A stretch of 64,000 bases of DNA from assembly GCA_963786935.1 (NCBI GenBank), contig CAWBAN010000001.1, forward strand, positions 1,504,001 to 1,568,000, in the 5' to 3' direction. Positions within the stretch are counted from its first letter, which is position 1. Every line of letters starts with the position of its first letter. The notes below the pieces were generated by a model, which was not told the DNA's origin, ran no database searches, and was given only the letters and a program-made list of their open reading frames with translations. The DNA is from an uncultured bacterium (GTDB taxonomy: Bacteria > Krumholzibacteriota > Krumholzibacteriia > Krumholzibacteriales > Krumholzibacteriaceae). A program made the translations under genes and the position numbers. Positions 59,293 to 64,000 of this stretch are shown one piece after another.

Positions 59293-61176
59293 TTAAATGT
59301 CTTTCGTTTCCTCGAGAATTCGGGCCGCCTCCAGAGCGCGTTTGATGAACCCCTCCCGGTCGGCCGCCGGCGAATGGTCCCCCGCGTAGGCGCCTGCCTC
59401 GCACGAGCCCATCACCTCTCGCATCGCGGCGATCGCCTCGGACGGGGCGCCCTTCTCCCCGAGAATCCTCACGACGTCCCCCGTCGTGAGGGTCGAGCCG
59501 GCCGTCGCGAGCTTGTCGCCGAGATAGTCGCGCATCGCGCCGAGCACCTGCTCGCAGAGCGGGGCGCCCGAGACGTCCTGCTTGGCGATCGCGTCGAGGC
59601 GCCGCTTGAGCCGCCGGTACGCGCTCCGCGCCGCGCGTCCCTCGACGTCGGCCTCGCGGCGGCGCCGCGCGATCGTCGTCGTGAGGAGCGCCGCGTACGC
59701 GGCGAGCGGCAGGAAGAGCGCCGCGAGCCACGAAGGGCTCGAGAGCGCGGAGACGAGCCCGAACTGCTGCGGCTTCAAGACGCCCGCGCCCTCGTAGTTG
59801 TACGCGATCCCTTCCTTCCACCCCTCGAGCGGGCTTCCGAGAGGACCCGACGAGCTCCCCTCCGCGTCCACCGCGGTCACGACCTTCGTCGAGTGGACGA
59901 CGATCGGAATCGGGGCGGTCGAGATCGTCTCGTAGCGCCCCTTCTTCGTGTCGAAATACGCGAGCGCGATCGGCGGGATCTCCTTCACGCTCTCGTTCTT
60001 CGCGCGGATCGTCTGCGTGAAGACCTTCGATTTGCCGGCGATCTTGCCGTCCGCGCGCTCGTCGGGGATCTTGAAGTAGGTCGCGAGCTCCGTCTGATTG
60101 CCGAGGGGCGGGAGATCGACGTGGCCGAGATAGTCGGGTCCGGTGAGCGTCACCTTGAGCGTGATCGGGTCCCCGACGCTCACGTCGAGCGGCGAGGCGC
60201 TCGCCGAAATCCGGTATTCGCCGATGTGCCCGGCGAAATTCGCGGGACGCCCTTCCCGGGGGAGCTCCTTCACGCCGAGAACGAGATTGTTCGACGGCAC
60301 GACGTACTTCTTCATCGCGCCGCGCCGTGCCCCGAAGAATCCGTCGCTGAAGAAATCGTCGAAGAAATCGCGGCCACGGAGGCTCCCGCTCACCGCCGCG
60401 CACTGCACGCTCGACTCGGGGATGACGAGCGTGCCCGCGCGCTTCGGGAAGAGCGCCTTCTTGAAGCTGATCGTCGCGTAGTTCCGCCCGTCGAGCGTCC
60501 CCGTCCCCTTCTCCGCGATGACCTCCTGCCCGCCGACGGGGATGCGGTAGTACTTCTTGCTTTGGTCGATCGCGACCTCCGGCGTCTCGATGTCGAAATC
60601 GGCGCTCCCGAGCACCGGCATCGAGAAGACAAACTCTTCGACGTCGCGCCCGATGTACCACGTCACGGTGAGCATCACGGGCTCGCCGACGTAGCAGGTC
60701 GAGCGCGAGAGGCTCATCCGCAGCTTGAAATCCTGCGTCTCGACCGGCGTGTCGACGCCGACCACGACGGCGTTCGCGTTGTACGTCTGCCCCTTCACTT
60801 TGACGGGGACGGCGGGGATCGTGAGCCGTCCCTTGCGCTTCGGCGTGAGGCTGAACTGCAGGATGAAGCGGCGCTGCACCTGACGCTGCATCTTGCCGTT
60901 GATGACGGTGATCGACTGGCTGCTCGAGTTCTGCCCGCCGAGGTACTGCGCGGCAAAATCGGGCCCGAACGCCGAGACGTCGGGGGGCGTGGCGTTGTCG
61001 GCGCCGTCGACGACAAGCTGGTAGACGAATGTCTCGCCCATGTAGACCGTCTCGGATTCGACGTAGGCCTGGACGACGACCTCCTCGGCCGCGGCGCTCG
61101 CCGCGCCGATCACCAGCGACGCGAGAATGGCGAACGCGCCGATCGCGCGCACGATATCGCGCCGATCGCGCTTCAT
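59293..61176 (-). CDS. batD: BatD-family protein
   Basis: Signal peptide, repeated Ig-like BatD domains, VGDPITL, YFD..GRYET, C-terminal TM. Confidence 0.82.
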   Translation of the reverse strand: MKRDRRDIVRAIGAFAILASLVIGAASAAAEEVVVQAYVESETVYMGETFVYQLVVDGADNATPPDVSAFGPDFAAQYLGGQNSSSQSITVINGKMQRQVQRRFILQFSLTPKRKGRLTIPAVPVKVKGQTYNANAVVVGVDTPVETQDFKLRMSLSRSTCYVGEPVMLTVTWYIGRDVEEFVFSMPVLGSADFDIETPEVAIDQSKKYYRIPVGGQEVIAEKGTGTLDGRNYATISFKKALFPKRAGTLVIPESSVQCAAVSGSLRGRDFFDDFFSDGFFGARRGAMKKYVVPSNNLVLGVKELPREGRPANFAGHIGEYRISASASPLDVSVGDPITLKVTLTGPDYLGHVDLPPLGNQTELATYFKIPDERADGKIAGKSKVFTQTIRAKNESVKEIPPIALAYFDTKKGRYETISTAPIPIVVHSTKVVTAVDAEGSSSGPLGSPLEGWKEGIAYNYEGAGVLKPQQFGLVSALSSPSWLAALFLPLAAYAALLTTTIARRRREADVEGRAARSAYRRLKRRLDAIAKQDVSGAPLCEQVLGAMRDYLGDKLATAGSTLTTGDVVRILGEKGAPSEAIAAMREVMGSCEAGAYAGDHSPAADREGFIKRALEAARILEETKDI

Positions 61177-61209
61177 CGCTTCGCCATTGGTCCGTTTGAC
61201 CCGCACCTT

Positions 61210-62088
61210 CTACCAATCCTTCCCGACCGGCCGGTAGCCGGCGTTCTGACGCTGCTGGTCCTTGCGATCCTCTTTCTCCTGATCGAGAATCTCCCGCGCG
61301 GTGGCGTCGCGGGCAAGCTGTTTCTTTTGCTCATCCTTCGGGGCGCCTTGCTTGTTCTTGTCGTCCTGCTTCTTCTGGTCCTTGTTTTCCTCGGCGCCCT
61401 GCTGTTGCTGCTGCTGATCCTGCTGCTGTTGGTTTTGCCGGCCTTCCTGCTGTTGTTGCTGGTTCTGCTGGTCTTTTTGGTCCTGCTGGCCCTGCTGCTG
61501 GTTCTGCTGGTTCTGCTGATTCTGCTGATTCTGCTGGCCGCCCTGTTGCTGCTGCCGCTGCTGCTTGTCGAGCAGATCCTTTATCTTGAGGCGCGCGATC
61601 TCGAGATTCTCGGCGGCCTTCTTGTTCTCCGGATCCTTCTCGAGCGCCGTCGAGTAATTTTTCACGCTCTCCTGGAGGCTCTCGAGCGCCTTCTGCAGAT
61701 CGCTGTCCTCCTGGCGCTTGGCCTCCTCGAAGGAGACGTTCCCGAGGTTATACCACGCCTTCGATTCGAACGGGAGGCTCTTCGTCTTCGATGCGGCGGC
61801 GCGGAACTGCTCGCGCGCCTTCTCGAGGTCCCCCTGCTTGTAGAACGCGGCGCCCCTGTTGAAGGCGACGATCGGCGACTCGGGCGCCTTCACCGAAGCG
61901 CGGTCGTAGAGATCGAGCGCCTTGCCGAAATCCTTCTTGTCGTACTGCCGGTTGCCCTTCGAGACGAGGCGGCCCGGCGACTCCGCGCGGGCGGCGCCCG
62001 GCGCGAGCGCGACCGCCGCGGTCGCGTATATGCAGAGCGCGAGCCCCGCGCGGGCGCCCCGAGCGATCATCGAGCGAATATTTCTCAT
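61210..62088 (-). CDS. batC: BatC-like TPR protein with Gln-rich linker
   Basis: AWYNLGN TPRs, poly-Q/N tract, C-terminal VGKDW. Confidence 0.8.
   Translation of the reverse strand: MRNIRSMIARGARAGLALCIYATAAVALAPGAARAESPGRLVSKGNRQYDKKDFGKALDLYDRASVKAPESPIVAFNRGAAFYKQGDLEKAREQFRAAASKTKSLPFESKAWYNLGNVSFEEAKRQEDSDLQKALESLQESVKNYSTALEKDPENKKAAENLEIARLKIKDLLDKQQRQQQQGGQQNQQNQQNQQNQQQGQQDQKDQQNQQQQQEGRQNQQQQDQQQQQQGAEENKDQKKQDDKNKQGAPKDEQKKQLARDATAREILDQEKEDRKDQQRQNAGYRPVGKDW
61395..61566 (-). repeat. Low-complexity CAG/AAC (Gln/Asn) coding repeat
   Basis: QQNQQNQQNQQ... within batC. Confidence 0.85.
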
Positions 62089-63099
62089 GCCGATTTGCGC
62101 CTCCTCTCCCCCACGATCGTCTCGGCCGCGAGCAGCCCGAGCGCCACGGCGAGGAATATCTGGAATTTCTCCTCGTAGAGCGTCATCGTCTTGGCCTCGA
62201 GCTCGCGCTTCTCCTCGCTCGCGACGAGCTTGAGGTAGACGTCGCCGAGATCGATCGCGCCGGTGGCGACGTTGAGGTATTTGCCGCCCGGGGTCGCGTT
62301 CGCCATCTTCCGGAGCGTGTTCGCGTCGAGGCGGCTCCATACCTCCCGGCCGTTGTACGTCATGAAAACGCGGTTTCCCTGCTCGTCGGTAATCGGGATC
62401 CGCCGCCCCTGCCCCTCGTCGCCGATGCCGATCGCGATGATGCGGATGCCCTTCTCGCCGGCTTCCTGCGCGGCCTCGACGGGGAACGAGTCGTGGTCCT
62501 CACCGTCGGTGATGAGAATGACGTCCTTGTACTTCTTCTCCTGCGTGTCGAAGCCCTCGTCCATCGCCTTGCGGATCGCGTCGCCGATCTTCGTGCCGCC
62601 GCGCGAGACGGCGTTCACGTCGACGTCGTCGAGGACGAGCTCGAAGAATCCGTAATCGAGCGTGAGCGGCACCTTGAGCACGGCGTTCCCCGCGAAGACG
62701 ATTAATCCGACGCGATCCCCCTGCAGCCGCTCCACCATGTCCTTGATCGCGAGCTTCGAGCGCTCGAGGCGGTTCGGCACGAGGTCCTCGGCGAGCATGC
62801 TCTTCGAGACGTCGAGGATGACCATGACGTCGCGGCCGCGCCGCTCGATCGTCTGCGGCTTCGGGTTCCACGCGGGGCGCGCGCGCGGCGAACGCCACGA
62901 ACGCCACCGCGAGCGTCACGAGGACCGCCTTGGTCGTGCGCCCGGCGCCGCTCGCGCTGAGCCCGATGCGTTCGAGCAGATCCTCCTCGACGAACGCGCG
63001 GAGCGCCTGCCGGCGCCGGTAGGCCGCCCACACGTAGAGAAACACGACGACCGGCACGAGCCAGAGGAGGTAGAGCATATTGATGTTGCCGATGTGCAT
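62085..63099 (-). CDS. batB: BatB-like vWA protein, apparent frameshift near 62885
   Basis: DVSKSMLAED..PNRLE, LITDGEDH; frame switch in a (GC)n run. Confidence 0.82.
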
Positions 63100-63164
63100 A
63101 ATGTCTCACCCGGCCCCGCAGGCATCGCACCGCCCGCGGCCGGCCGCGGCCCCGCCGCGGGCCG

Positions 63165-64000
63165 TCACGGAATCCTCCGAAAAATCGTGTTCGCGAGCGC
63201 GACCTCGGCCAGCATCACGCAGAGCGCGGCGATCGCGAAGCTCGCGAAGAGCTCCTTGTAATCGACGAAGCGGACCGACTCGATCTCGCTCGTCTCCATC
63301 TTGTCTATCTCTTCGTAAATCGCCCGCAGCGATTTCTCGTCCTCCGCCATGAAGAACTTGCCGTTCGTGATCTCGGCGACCTCGCGGAGCGTCTCCTGAT
63401 CGACCCCCTCGGCCACCGGCACCTTGAAATCCCCGAAGAGCGTGCGCACGGTGCGCACCGCTTCGCTCCCCCCGACGCCGATCGCGTAGATCTTGATGCC
63501 CCATTCCTTCGCGAGCGCGGCGGCCTCGGGAGGCTGGCGCCGCCCGTAGTTGTTCTGCCCGTCGGTGAGGAGGATCATGATCTTGCTCTTGATCTCGTAT
63601 TCCTTCCCCCCCGACTCCTGCGCGTGACGCGAGAGATCCTCCTCCGCCGTCCGAAGCCGCGCCGCGGCGAGCGCAATCGCGTCCCCGATCGAGGTGCCGT
63701 CCTCGTTCTGCCGCGTGACGACCTTGACGCTCTCGAGGAAGCGCATGAGCGCCCCGTGCTCGAGGGTGAGCGGCGCCATCGTGTCGGCGTAGCGGGCGAA
63801 GGCGACCATCCCGACGAGATCGTTCGGGCGTCCCTTGAGCGTTTTCCCGTTCCCCATGATGAACTCGGTGAACACGCTCTTCACCGCGGCGAGCCGGTCC
63901 GCACGGCGCCCGAGGAAATCCATCTCGGTCCCCATGCTCCCCGAGCGGTCGAGCACCATCTCGATCGCGATCCCCTTCGTCACGTCCTTGACCTTCTCGT
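63165..64000 (-). CDS. batA: BatA-like vWA protein (5' end outside window)
   Basis: DRSGSM MIDAS, GTSIGDAI, LLTDGQNN, IYEEIDKME. Confidence 0.85.
   Translation of the reverse strand, partial: EKVKDVTKGIAIEMVLDRSGSMGTEMDFLGRRADRLAAVKSVFTEFIMGNGKTLKGRPNDLVGMVAFARYADTMAPLTLEHGALMRFLESVKVVTRQNEDGTSIGDAIALAAARLRTAEEDLSRHAQESGGKEYEIKSKIMILLTDGQNNYGRRQPPEAAALAKEWGIKIYAIGVGGSEAVRTVRTLFGDFKVPVAEGVDQETLREVAEITNGKFFMAEDEKSLRAIYEEIDKMETSEIESVRFVDYKELFASFAIAALCVMLAEVALANTIFRRIP

Noticed and set aside
61395..61566. Gln-rich repeat as a novel element
   Set aside because: Q-rich linkers are typical of BatC-like proteins

Overview
GC-rich bacterial chromosomal window with strong CTC/GCG codon bias. The gene content suggests a diderm, probably anaerobic host, but the lineage cannot be assigned from sequence alone. 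In order it holds: an SOS mutagenesis cassette (lexA, a duplicated 48-bp hairpin element, a small degenerate S24/UmuD'-like ORF, a DinB/ImuB-like polymerase, dnaE2); a Cys-rich desulforedoxin-like peptide; efp, folE and an OFA-type MFS transporter; a glnA-gatE-gatD operon carrying the normally archaeal GatDE Glu-tRNA(Gln) amidotransferase; a flippase and a cluster of secreted peptidases; acyl-CoA dehydrogenase and CoA-transferase genes; an unannotated stand-alone 33-aa peptide gene with three GKSVW repeats, a sigma54-like promoter and two terminators; menA and assorted housekeeping/envelope genes; a V/A-type ATPase operon continuing into usp, a PTS IIA gene and a minimal BadF-type activase pair; and a batA-E operon interrupted by a BrnT/BrnA-type toxin-antitoxin module. 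About nine small frameshifts (dnaE2, a serine hydrolase, V-ATPase A and B, batB) look like read/assembly indels. No tRNA, rRNA, CRISPR array or transposase was recognised. All functional calls come from motif recognition by eye, not database searches.
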